The notes under the pieces were generated by a model. The model was given only the letters and a program-made list of their open reading frames with translations. It was not told the origin of the DNA and did not search any database. Positions 52,899 to 63,311 of a stretch of 64,000 nt of DNA are shown one piece after another (the first letter of the stretch is position 1; the number at the start of each line of letters is the position of its first letter). The position numbers and the translations under genes were made by a program. This DNA comes from a virus, in the IMG/VR virus record IMGVR_UViG_3300042922_000836, positions 73,095 through 137,094 of that record. One strand, given 5' to 3'.

Positions 52899-53663
52899 AT
52901 GATAAACGATTTAATGTTCATAAAATATTATATCAGCTTGTTTAAAGGTGTTAATTTTGAAACAAGTCCACCTAACGCAAAGCAACTTCTTATATACGGT
53001 TTTTTATTTATGAATCGTACCATGCGGGATGAAGTAAATATATCTTTGGAATTTTTAGTAACTAAATGCGGATATAAGATAAGCAGAAGCTCAGGCAAAA
53101 GTATCGAAACATTTCGGCAAGAATTACATAATATGATTCAGATTAAAAATATTGGACATTTTGAATTGTCTACCGAAACAGATATATTGACTATTTTGCC
53201 AAATAAAACATTTACAATATATCTTGGTGAAATTATAGCTGACAGTGACCAATTTACGAAAATACTGTTTGATGAATTTGATAAAATAACAGCATCAGAT
53301 TATAGTTACAAATGTAATATGTTATTAATTTATCTGTACATAAAATCATTTATTTACGAAAAGCCAAAAGAAAAGCAATTATATTCGGTTGCAAATCCTG
53401 AAGAACCGCAGAGAGGCTGTTCCATATCTTTATATGATATGAGTGTGGCAACAGGCATATCGATTTCTTCAATCCAAACTATTATCAAAGAACTACAGGA
53501 TTTAAAGCTTATAACTTCATATACCACAGGCAAATATTTATCAAGCAAAGGAACACTCTGCAATGCCAAAAATATTTATGTGCTATACGGTGAAGAAAGC
53601 GAAATTCCTAATGTTGAACAAAGATTAAAGCAATTTTATAATGTTAAAAAATTTATAAATTAA
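52899..53663 (+). CDS. Tandem winged-HTH DNA-binding protein (possibly Rep-like)
   Basis: LLIYGFL...SLEFLVTKCG and LLIYLYI...SLYDMSVATGISISSIQTIIKELQDLKLI...NIY. Confidence 0.55.
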   Translation: MINDLMFIKYYISLFKGVNFETSPPNAKQLLIYGFLFMNRTMRDEVNISLEFLVTKCGYKISRSSGKSIETFRQELHNMIQIKNIGHFELSTETDILTILPNKTFTIYLGEIIADSDQFTKILFDEFDKITASDYSYKCNMLLIYLYIKSFIYEKPKEKQLYSVANPEEPQRGCSISLYDMSVATGISISSIQTIIKELQDLKLITSYTTGKYLSSKGTLCNAKNIYVLYGEESEIPNVEQRLKQFYNVKKFIN

Positions 53664-54205
53664 GGAGATTAAATTATGTTATTGTTAAAAAAAGCTAATA
53701 AGCATTTTAATATAGGTGAAAAAGTTTTAGTTCCGACTGAATTGATGGCAACTACCCGCTATGGTGAATCTACATATAACCAGAGTTATTACAAAGGTGT
53801 TGTTCTTTATAATGTCGGAAAGTTATGTTGTGTCAGAATATTGGCAAATGGTGATAAAAACGCATACACAGAATGTTTTGATCCAAATAAACTAAAGAGA
53901 GATAAGGGTAAAATATTGGTAAGCTATGGGAAGATTTAAAATAAACAATCTGTGCATTAATTGTTATTGGTCTGAAAAATGCATGGATACAGACAATAAA
54001 AAAAGAAAATGTCCTGACTATACTCCAATCGAGATGGCGGGAATTGATGACAGAGATATAGATTTCTATGAAAAAGTCTTATATGAGAATACAAAAGAAT
54101 ATAATAAACAATTGAAAGAACTTGAACAGAAGTTCATTTTTTAGACATTACAATGTCACAAGTAATAATCCCAAAATTGACTTTAATTAAAAGGAGAATT
54201 AAATA

Positions 54206-54982
54206 ATGAATGAATTAAAAATATTTGAACAAAGAGAAGTATTAGGCAAAGATTTTAGAATATATGGAAATATAGAAAACCCTCTATTTATGGCAAAAGA
54301 TGTTGCTATATGGATTGAGTATGACACAAACAAAGTAAATGAAATGGTAGCTATGGTTGACGAAGAAGAAAAGCTGACAGAAACAATTTCGTGGTCAGGT
54401 CAAAGACGAAAAATGTGGTTTTTAACTGAGAATGGTTTGTATGAAGTTTTGATGCAGAGTCGAAAACCAATTGCGAAAGAGTTTAAAACAAAAGTAAAAG
54501 AAATATTAAAGACAATTCGTAAAACTGGTGGTTACGTGGCAAATGATGAATTATTTGTTAATACATATTTACCTCATGCTGATGAAAACACAAAAGAATT
54601 ATTCAAATTGAATTTAACAGTTATAAGACAGTTAAACAATAAGCTTGATGAACAAAAACCTTTAGTAGAATTTGCAGAACAAGTTATAAGTTCAGAAGAT
54701 ACAGTGGACATTGGACAAATGGCGAAATTGGCTTCTGATAATAATTTTAAAATCGGTAGAAATAAGCTTTGTGTTTTTCTGCGGGAAAAAGGTATGTTTA
54801 TGAAAAATAATATTCCATATCAAAAATATATGAATGTTGATTTATTTGAAGTTGTTGAAATAGTAAAAAAAATTGGAAACGATTACAAAGTATTTCTTAA
54901 AACAATGATAAAACCAAAAGGTCAGATTAAAATAATTGAAATGTTAAAAGCTGAATTTGATTCAAAAGAAAGGGTTAGTTAA
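54206..54982 (+). CDS. Phage antirepressor (Bro-N plus KilA-C)
   Basis: PLFMAKDVA...FLTENGLYEVLMQSRKPIAKEFK...IRKTGGY; KPLVEFA...IGRNKL..FLR...KGQ. Confidence 0.9.
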   Translation: MNELKIFEQREVLGKDFRIYGNIENPLFMAKDVAIWIEYDTNKVNEMVAMVDEEEKLTETISWSGQRRKMWFLTENGLYEVLMQSRKPIAKEFKTKVKEILKTIRKTGGYVANDELFVNTYLPHADENTKELFKLNLTVIRQLNNKLDEQKPLVEFAEQVISSEDTVDIGQMAKLASDNNFKIGRNKLCVFLREKGMFMKNNIPYQKYMNVDLFEVVEIVKKIGNDYKVFLKTMIKPKGQIKIIEMLKAEFDSKERVS

Positions 54983-55434
54983 TATGAAAGCAACAGAATT
55001 AATCGGCAAGAGAGCCATCAGAACAAACTGTGCGACATTAAGTTATGGAATTGACAGGAGTTATACAGATACACCAATACGAATACTTAAAGCTACCGAT
55101 AGCCATATCATATATCAATATGATAAAGAATTTGATCCAGTTTTTGATCCAATAAAATTTCATATTATGTCTTATGCATTTTGTGATGATAATTGGACAG
55201 ATTTTGATGAACTGATAAAAGGCATAAATGTAGATAGGGAGTTATTAAAATGATAGATATATTAACTTTTTCTGGTTCACCAGAATTTGTCGCAAAAGAA
55301 TTAAAAGATGCATTAAATAATGGTTATGAAATAATAAATTTTACATCAGCAATTTTGAAAGATGATGGTTCAATAATAAGCAGATGTATGCCTATTTCGT
55401 GTGTTTATCTTAAAAAAGGGAGAGCAGAAAAATC

Positions 55435-56166
55435 ATAGAATTAAATAAGTTATACAATGAAGATTGTCTTATAGGTATGAAAAATATACCTGACCAATCG
55501 GTTGATTTAATTCTTTGTGATTTGCCTTATGGTACAAGCAAGTGCCGATGGGATTCTATAATACCTTTTAATCCGCTATGGAAAGAATACGAGAGAATTA
55601 TCAAGCCAAATTCTGCGGTTGTTTTATTCGGAAGTGAACCGTTCAGCAGTCACCTACGATTGAGCAACTTAAAACAGTATAAATATGATTGGAATTGGGT
55701 AAAGAGCAAAGCAAACGGATTTCTTAATGCAAAAAAAATGCCCATGAAAAATCATGAGCAAATTATGGTGTTTGGTTATGGCACTGTTCCCTATTATCCG
55801 CAAGGAACAGTCGAGGGCGAATTTAAAACATCAAGAAAGTCAAAAGTTGATAAAGGTGACGATGTTTACGGTGAAGAAAAGGAATTTGGAATATCCAAAG
55901 TCGGTAATTATCCTAAGTCTACAATTTACTTTTCTAATCCAAGCGGTAAAGGACATTTGCATCCGACACAAAAACCTGTTGACCTACTGGAATATCTTAT
56001 TTGCACATATACCCAAGAGGGTGCTGTTGTACTTGACAATTGTGCGGGAAGTGGCTCAACAATGATTGCCTGTCTTAATACCAATCGTAATTACATAGGT
56101 TTTGAACTTGATGTTACATATTATCGGATTGCAATACAAAGAATTGAAGAATATATAAGGAGTTAA
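55435..56166 (+). CDS. N4/N6 DNA methyltransferase (beta class)
   Basis: DLPY, HPTQKP, DNCAGSGST; N-terminus (I)ELNKLYNEDCL starts at ATA 55435. Confidence 0.9.
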   Translation: MELNKLYNEDCLIGMKNIPDQSVDLILCDLPYGTSKCRWDSIIPFNPLWKEYERIIKPNSAVVLFGSEPFSSHLRLSNLKQYKYDWNWVKSKANGFLNAKKMPMKNHEQIMVFGYGTVPYYPQGTVEGEFKTSRKSKVDKGDDVYGEEKEFGISKVGNYPKSTIYFSNPSGKGHLHPTQKPVDLLEYLICTYTQEGAVVLDNCAGSGSTMIACLNTNRNYIGFELDVTYYRIAIQRIEEYIRS

Positions 56167-56395
56167 GTATGTTAATTTTTACAATTGCGATTTGTGTTTT
56201 TGTTAGTATTATTGAAATTCTCTTTCTTGCTGGTATAGTTGGTGTTGTTGTAATGTTAATAAGACAATTACCTGATGCTAATTTATTTGAATGGGTATTT
56301 TCAATAATCATTATATTAATGCTTTTATCAGGTGGAACAATGATAGGTTATTTAACATTACATGTATTATTTAATATATAAAGGAGATTTTTAAA

Positions 56396-56944
56396 ATGAA
56401 TTATTTTACAAGTGACTTGCATTTTGGTCATAAAAACATACTTGAATATGATAACAGACCATTTTATTCTGTCCAAGAAATGGACAATTCTATAATTAGA
56501 TGTTGGAATAACATGGTTACTAACGATGATACAATTTTTATTTTAGGTGATGTTTCTTGGTATAATCGTGATAAAACATTGGAAATTCTTAAACAATTGA
56601 AAGGTGATTTAGTATTAATCAGAGGTAATCATGATGAAATTTTCAAAACAAATTCACCTTTTCCGTTTCAATATATAACTGATTATCAGGAAATATATGA
56701 AAATGGTAAATTAGTTGTTTTGAGCCATTTCCCTATCATGTATTGGAAGGATCAATATAAAGGCAGTATCCATTTATATGGTCATGTTCATAAAACAGAA
56801 GATTATAATTCACTGTTAAAGTTTAAGAATAAAGCAAAAGAAAATGGTAATCCGTTTAAATCATATAATGTCGGATGCATGATGAAATATATGGATTATA
56901 TACCAAGAACATTGGAAGATATAGAAAGGAATTGTCATGATTAG
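56396..56944 (+). CDS. Calcineurin-like metallophosphoesterase
   Basis: SDLHFGH, LGD, GNHD, HLYGHVH. Confidence 0.9.
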   Translation: MNYFTSDLHFGHKNILEYDNRPFYSVQEMDNSIIRCWNNMVTNDDTIFILGDVSWYNRDKTLEILKQLKGDLVLIRGNHDEIFKTNSPFPFQYITDYQEIYENGKLVVLSHFPIMYWKDQYKGSIHLYGHVHKTEDYNSLLKFKNKAKENGNPFKSYNVGCMMKYMDYIPRTLEDIERNCHD

Positions 56945-57413
56945 AGAGATTGATTTTAAAGCAATATCCAAAGATACAAATAATTGGGTATTTGGATTTT
57001 ATGCAGTCGAGCCTGAAGACGGTGCGGTAATGTTAGTTCCTACGAAAGATGTTTATGATGGTCAAGATATGTTACTTGAGGTTGATATCATTGATGAAAC
57101 TGCTGGACAGTATATTGGAAAACATGATAAAAACGGTAAAAAAATATACGAACATGACATATGTAAAATTATGATTTTGGGAGATGAAGATAAAGTTTAT
57201 CCTCCTGAAGCATTATTAGCAGTAATTGAATGTAAAAAAGGTTCTTGGGGATTTAGACCTCTCTTTCCTGAATTAGTCCATAAAGATGTTAGAGAATGGA
57301 AGTCATTTATAAAAGCAAATGGAGATGAATGGTCTGAAGAATATTTTGAAGATATAGGAAATGTCTTCGATAATTTTAAAAGTGAAAGAGGTAAAAAAAG
57401 ATTAACTGAATGA
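56937..57413 (+). CDS. YopX-family protein
   Basis: REIDFKA...GQYIGKHDKNGKKIYEHDI...IGNVFDN. Confidence 0.85.
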   Translation: MIREIDFKAISKDTNNWVFGFYAVEPEDGAVMLVPTKDVYDGQDMLLEVDIIDETAGQYIGKHDKNGKKIYEHDICKIMILGDEDKVYPPEALLAVIECKKGSWGFRPLFPELVHKDVREWKSFIKANGDEWSEEYFEDIGNVFDNFKSERGKKRLTE

Positions 57414-57446
57414 CTCAAAATTATATTAAAGGGAGATTGAAAATTA

Positions 57447-57836
57447 ATGAGAAAAGATAAATATAGAGCATGGGAAAAGAACCTGAAAGAAATTATACCT
57501 GTATTTGACATTGATTTTAAAAATAGGATGATTAACACAAAATCAGCATGGAGAACATTTGATGAAGTGGTACTCATGCAGAGTACAGGTAGAAATGACA
57601 AGAAAGGTATTGAAATTTACGAATACGATATTGTAAAAGTCAAATATTTTCAATCAGAGTATATAGGTAGGGTTGTTTTTAATGAAATAACTTGTGGTTT
57701 TGAAATCTGGTACTCCACTGTTGAGGGTGCTTATGGTGAAAAAGCAACACATAAAATAAGCTTTGCATCTGATATAGACATTGAAGTTATCGGTAATATG
57801 TATAATATTCCTGAATGTTTAAAAAGATATTTTTAA
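57447..57836 (+). CDS. YopX-family protein
   Basis: KYRAW...LMQSTGRNDKKGIEIYEYDIV...EVIGNMY. Confidence 0.85.
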   Translation: MRKDKYRAWEKNLKEIIPVFDIDFKNRMINTKSAWRTFDEVVLMQSTGRNDKKGIEIYEYDIVKVKYFQSEYIGRVVFNEITCGFEIWYSTVEGAYGEKATHKISFASDIDIEVIGNMYNIPECLKRYF

Positions 57837-59175
57837 TTAAAGGAAGGAAAAAAGTAAATGAAAAAATCGTCATTGTTTGAAGAAATATCAAAGCTTAATC
57901 TTTGCAGAAATAATAAAAAAGTGCAAGTATTAGAAAGTGGTGCGGGGTTTTACATAGGCACTCTTGATGAAGATGGTTGTCCTTATTGTAGAATATCTAC
58001 AACTTATTATGAAACATCAGAACAAGCTCAGTCTGCGTTAAATAGTAGAGAATTTATTGAACGTGAATGTGCCGAGAATATTTTTTGTAATGGAACTATA
58101 GGAATGTGTTTCGTTAGTTATATGCCAAAAGTTGAAAAGGAGAGATAGATATGGAACAGGAAAATAACAAAATAACAGATTATGTTTATAAACTTGGAGA
58201 TAATGTAAGACTTGTCAATTGTCCGAATAAGGGAATAAACGGTGAGGAATGTATAATTAACGATATAGATTTAAATAATTATCATCCATACAACGTAATT
58301 CATATAGGTGATAAAATTACATTCTTTACAAGAGTAAGAGCAGAAAATCTTGAATTAATCAAGAAAGACAATAAAGTTTCAGAAGATATCCCTATGCAAC
58401 TTAATGCAACTGAGCAAACACAGCAATCGCAAGAGGTTCAGCAATTAGATTTATCAAATGCAAGTGAACTTGATAATATTGAACAAATTTTAGGGATTAT
58501 AAAAGGCGAAAAATTTAATTTAAAAGAGGTAGGAGATAATCCGTATTTATATAACGGATATTGTATTTTTAATAAATACGGCTCTCCTATATCTCATTCA
58601 ATGATTTGTGGCTTAATTAATCATCCTGAACAGGTTGAAAAAAAATCACATACAGGGAAAGATTAAATGGATAAAGATACACAGAATTATAAGCCTGAAA
58701 TTAATCCAAAAACATATGAAAAAATAAATTTCCTACATGAAGTTATTGATGAAATACTTTTTATTGAAGAATATGAAAAACAAATAAAGGAGAATATTAA
58801 AAATGGAAAGATTAACAAAACCTTATGGTGAAAATAAATATGCTATAAAGTCTGAAATACTTAATTGTGCTGATGGTATTAAAGGAATGAGTGAATTATT
58901 AAGTACAATTCAACAAAAATTAGGTGAGTATGAAAATGCGGAAGAAAACGGTTTACTTGTCAGATTACCTTGTAAAATCGGTGATGAAGTAACTATAGAC
59001 TTTCAAAATGGATATATTCTTCGTGACAAAATAGAACATATACATATCGATATTGATGGTAAAGTTTTATATAATACAAAAAATACAATGGAATTCTATG
59101 AAGTTGCGGAACTTGGTAAAGAAATTATTTTAAAAGAATATAAATTTAAACATGAGATAAAGGAGTTAAAAACTG

Positions 59176-59745
59176 ATGACAAATAAAGAAATATTTGAAA
59201 AGGAATTAAATTTAATAATTGACGGAGAACTTAGAGATTTTATAGGCAAGGTGTTGAACGATCTGCCTGATTATTTCCGCAAGATCGGAGCATCTACTTC
59301 AGGTAATTTTCATCCCGCTTATACACTTGGCGAGGGTGGACTTATCAGACATACAAAAGCCGCAGTCGGTATTGCAAAAGAATTGCTGAGAGCTGAAATA
59401 TATGATATTGAACCTATTTATAATGATGTTGTATATGCATCCCTTCTTCTTCATGACGGTTTGAAGTGCGGAATGTGGGAAGATAAAACAGCCTTTGACC
59501 ATCCGTTGTTAATGGGTGAATTTGTATTAAGCAAAGCACATGAATACAAATTTAGTAGTTTCTTTTCTATAGTACAAATAAAATTATGTATTGAATCACA
59601 TATGGGTAAATGGAATACAAAAGATGGTTACAATTATAAATTACCTACTCCAAAAAGTGATTTACAGAAAATTGTTCATTTAGCTGATTATATAGCAAGT
59701 CGGAAATGCCTTGAATACAATTTTAATGTTGAGGAAGTTAATTAA
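59176..59745 (+). CDS. HD-domain phosphohydrolase
   Basis: ASTSGNFHP...GGLIRHT, LLHDG, HMGKW, HLADY. Confidence 0.85.
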   Translation: MTNKEIFEKELNLIIDGELRDFIGKVLNDLPDYFRKIGASTSGNFHPAYTLGEGGLIRHTKAAVGIAKELLRAEIYDIEPIYNDVVYASLLLHDGLKCGMWEDKTAFDHPLLMGEFVLSKAHEYKFSSFFSIVQIKLCIESHMGKWNTKDGYNYKLPTPKSDLQKIVHLADYIASRKCLEYNFNVEEVN

Positions 59746-59985
59746 TAATGGATATAGTTGGAATATTGGCATTTATAGTAATATCAGTATTAACAATAAT
59801 TTACATAATTTTTTGTATTTATTATTGGAAACTTGTATATAAATATAGAAAAATAGATGGTTTAATGGATTACATAATTGGAATTCTTATTTCCATGGTT
59901 TCTTTATTTATGATATATATGGATATAACTATCTTGATAAATGTAATTAAATAAAATTATAGTAAAAGAAAGGAACGAAAAAAAT

Positions 59986-60786
59986 ATAATAGAATTAAAT
60001 ACAATACATAATACTGACGGAATAACTTTAATGAAGCAAATATATAAAGAATATGGCAATGAAAGTATAAATATGTTTTTATGTGATTTTCCATACACAT
60101 TTAAAGGGAAACAAAGAGTTACAGCAAATGCATGGGATTTACCGATAGATGATAAAAGCTTTTTTGAATTAGCATTAAAACTTTTAACACCTAATGGGGT
60201 TATTGTATTAACCGCAAGTCAACCTTTTACAAGCTATTTAGTAATGAATCATTTAGATTGTTTTAAATATGAATGGATATGGGAAAAAGACAATGGGAGT
60301 AATTTTGTTCATGTGAAACATCAACCATTCAAAGTACATGAATCTGTTTTAATTTTTGGCAAAGCACCTACTACATATAATAAAGCTGAAAAATATATGA
60401 TTTATAATCCACAGTTTACATATGGCAAACCTTACTCAATGAATAGAGATGGAAGTGATGTAGAAAATTTACAAGGATTTAACGGAAGAACTAATACAAT
60501 AAATGAAGATGGGAAACGATATCCAAGAAGTGTCCAAAAAGTAAATTTGGAAAGAGGTCTACACCCTACTCAAAAGCCAACAAAACTATTTAAGTTCTTT
60601 ATAGAAACATATACGAATATTGGAGATATAGTTGTTGATATATGTGCGGGAAGTGGAACAACCGCTATAAGTGCTTTAGAATGTAAGCGAAATTTTATAG
60701 TTAATGATAATAATAATAAATATTATGATATTATAACAAATCGTATTCAAAAAGTATTAGAAGAAAAAAATGTAGAGATTTTATAA
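59986..60786 (+). CDS. N4/N6 DNA methyltransferase
   Basis: DFPY, HPTQKP, DICAGSGTT; frame extends to ATA at 59986 after AAGGA. Confidence 0.88.
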   Translation: MIELNTIHNTDGITLMKQIYKEYGNESINMFLCDFPYTFKGKQRVTANAWDLPIDDKSFFELALKLLTPNGVIVLTASQPFTSYLVMNHLDCFKYEWIWEKDNGSNFVHVKHQPFKVHESVLIFGKAPTTYNKAEKYMIYNPQFTYGKPYSMNRDGSDVENLQGFNGRTNTINEDGKRYPRSVQKVNLERGLHPTQKPTKLFKFFIETYTNIGDIVVDICAGSGTTAISALECKRNFIVNDNNNKYYDIITNRIQKVLEEKNVEIL

Positions 60787-60840
60787 AAAATGAAGTGATA
60801 TTTAAATTGGGAATATACAAATAAGAAAAGAGGAATAAAA

Positions 60841-62145
60841 ATACAAACAATTTACAAAACAAAAAACGGTGAAATAATTAATGGTGATAATTTAGAAGTA
60901 TTAGATACTTTGCAAGAAAATACGGTTGATAATTGTATATCCGATTTTCCATATGATTTATCTTTCATGGGAAAGAAATGGGATAATACAGGTGATTTCT
61001 ATCAATGGAATAAAGCCAGAGCCGAAAAACTCTATCGAGTAATAAAACATGGCGGGTATGTTGCAATTTTCGGACACCCTAAGACAAATCATAGAATGAA
61101 ATGTGCATTTGAAGATGCGGGATTTAAGATTGTTGAAGAAATAGATTGGATTTACTTAACAGGGATGCCAAAAAATCAAGACATTGGTAAACTATTTGAT
61201 AAAAAGGTAGGTGCTGAACGAGAAGTTATTACAACAGTTAAAAAATTGCAGTCATACGGATATGAGGGCAATACCTGTTATGGTGGTGATGTTGATAGAC
61301 AAGGAGTAATGGATATAACTGCTCCAGCTACAGAACAGGCTAAGAAATGGGATGGATGGAAAACATCAGGTCTGAAACCCGCCCATGAGCCGATAACAAT
61401 TTTTCAAAAACCTTTAGAGGGTACATACATACAAAACATTGAAAAATACGGTTGCGGTGGAATGAATATCGATGCTTGTCGAGTTCCGATATCACAAGAA
61501 GATATTGAAATGATAAATGCTAAATCATCTAAAAATCCTACAAATAATTATAATGATAAAGACGGAAAAGTTTATGGTGATTATGAAAAGAATCTTTCTA
61601 CACCAGCAAATGAAAATGGCAGATTTCCCGCCAATATAATTCTTGACGAATATACTGCTGAAGTTTTAGATGAACAGACAGGAATTTCAAAATCATCAGG
61701 TGGAAGTGGCAGAGCTTCAAGAATAGGTAGAGCAAGACATGTTTATGGTGCATATAATGACCAAGTTAACGAGGAATATATAAATCCATCTTTAGGTGGT
61801 TTAGGTGACACAGGTGGTGGCAGTCGCATGTTCCCTATTATAAAATACAATGCAAAAGTTTCTCCATCGGAACGCAAATTGCCAAATGGTGAACGTAATC
61901 CGCATGTCACATTAAAACCTGTAGAATTAATCAAATGGCTTGTTAAACTACTCACTCCGATTGATGGAACAACAATTGACATAACTGCGGGAAGCTTCAC
62001 ACATGGAGTTGCATGTGAGGAACTCATTAAATCGGAAAAATACAATCTTAAATGGATCGATATTGAATTAATGAACACAGAAGAAGAACCTTATTGTAAT
62101 GTCGGCAAATTAAGAATTGAAAATGTAAATCAAGAAAGGAATTAA
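60841..62145 (+). CDS. N4/N6 DNA methyltransferase (long type)
   Basis: DFPY..FMGKKWD, LKPAHEPI, GRFPAN, HVTLKP, DITAGSFT; ATA start at 60841 after GAGGA. Confidence 0.85.
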   Translation: MQTIYKTKNGEIINGDNLEVLDTLQENTVDNCISDFPYDLSFMGKKWDNTGDFYQWNKARAEKLYRVIKHGGYVAIFGHPKTNHRMKCAFEDAGFKIVEEIDWIYLTGMPKNQDIGKLFDKKVGAEREVITTVKKLQSYGYEGNTCYGGDVDRQGVMDITAPATEQAKKWDGWKTSGLKPAHEPITIFQKPLEGTYIQNIEKYGCGGMNIDACRVPISQEDIEMINAKSSKNPTNNYNDKDGKVYGDYEKNLSTPANENGRFPANIILDEYTAEVLDEQTGISKSSGGSGRASRIGRARHVYGAYNDQVNEEYINPSLGGLGDTGGGSRMFPIIKYNAKVSPSERKLPNGERNPHVTLKPVELIKWLVKLLTPIDGTTIDITAGSFTHGVACEELIKSEKYNLKWIDIELMNTEEEPYCNVGKLRIENVNQERN

Positions 62146-62146
62146 T

Positions 62147-62446
62147 ATGAAAGAAATAAAAACAATTGAAAAATTAGTTATGGAAATACTGGAGATATAT
62201 TCAGACTCAAGGTCGGATGATTTTATATTATATGGTTATGTATGTCAAAGAACAAATCCCGCTTTATTGGATTTAGATTTTTTCGACATAATAATAAATC
62301 ATAAAAAATATAAAATGCCCTCTTATGAAACGGTTTCAAGAGTAAGGCGAAAAGTGTTTGAAAAATATCCTGAGTTAAAGCCTGAAAAAATAACTAAATT
62401 ACGTAAAGAAAAAGAACAAAATTTTAAAAATTATTTTAAGTATTAA
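62147..62446 (+). CDS. Hypothetical phage protein
   Basis: SRSDDFIL...PSYETVSRVRRK...PEL; RBS AAGGA. Confidence 0.6.
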   Translation: MKEIKTIEKLVMEILEIYSDSRSDDFILYGYVCQRTNPALLDLDFFDIIINHKKYKMPSYETVSRVRRKVFEKYPELKPEKITKLRKEKEQNFKNYFKY

Positions 62447-62603
62447 TAAAGGTAGCTGTATACCTATAGCTTATGCATATCTACATGCGAAATTTAAGGC
62501 ATTAAAGTCATAAGTAATAATACCCTGATACATTTGTCTACTGATTTCAAGAGTGCCTTAAATCGTATTGTAGGGTGTTATAAAAGGAAATTATAATTAA
62601 GGA

Positions 62604-63311
62604 GTGTTAAATATAGAATTAAATAAAATTTACAACATGGATTGCATGGATGGATTAAAACTTATAGAAGATAATTCAATTGATTTGGTGCTAACTGATC
62701 CGCCCTACCCTACTACCGCAAGAGGTAGTGCTGGAAACAGCGGGGGTATGTTACAGAAAGATATAAATAAAAAAGGTAAAGTTTTTGAGTTTAATCGTAT
62801 AGATGTTTCGGTTTATGTTCCAGAGATATATAGAACTTTAAAAGATGGAAGTCACTTTTACATAATGACAAATCATGTTAATTTACAACATATATTAAAT
62901 GTTTGCACAGATATAGGATTTCATTTTATAAAATCGTTAATTTGGAATAAAGGTAATAAAATTATGGGGCAATATTACATGTCACAATTTGAATACATAT
63001 TATTTTTTCGTAAAGGTAAAGGTGTAAAAATTAATAATTGCGGAACAGCAGATATTATTAATGTACCGAATATAAAGACTAAAAATGCTGACGGTAAAAA
63101 TCTGCATGATACAGAAAAACCTGTAGAATTAATGAAAATATTAATTGAAAATTCAAGCTTAGAAAATCAAGTAGTTCTCGATCCTTTTATCGGAATAAGT
63201 AGTGTTCCTCTTGCCTGTATTGAAACAAATAGGAAATATATAGGTTTTGAGATTGATAAAAATTATTATGATATTTCATGTGAAAGGATTAAGAATGTTA
63301 GAGATAAATAA
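62604..63311 (+). CDS. N4/N6 DNA methyltransferase
   Basis: DPPY, HDTEKP, DPFIG. Confidence 0.9.
   Translation: MLNIELNKIYNMDCMDGLKLIEDNSIDLVLTDPPYPTTARGSAGNSGGMLQKDINKKGKVFEFNRIDVSVYVPEIYRTLKDGSHFYIMTNHVNLQHILNVCTDIGFHFIKSLIWNKGNKIMGQYYMSQFEYILFFRKGKGVKINNCGTADIINVPNIKTKNADGKNLHDTEKPVELMKILIENSSLENQVVLDPFIGISSVPLACIETNRKYIGFEIDKNYYDISCERIKNVRDK

Noticed and set aside
49884-62078. - strand ORFs opposite the + strand genes, and 49884-50099
   Set aside because: Shadow ORFs or no RBS or protein-like features.
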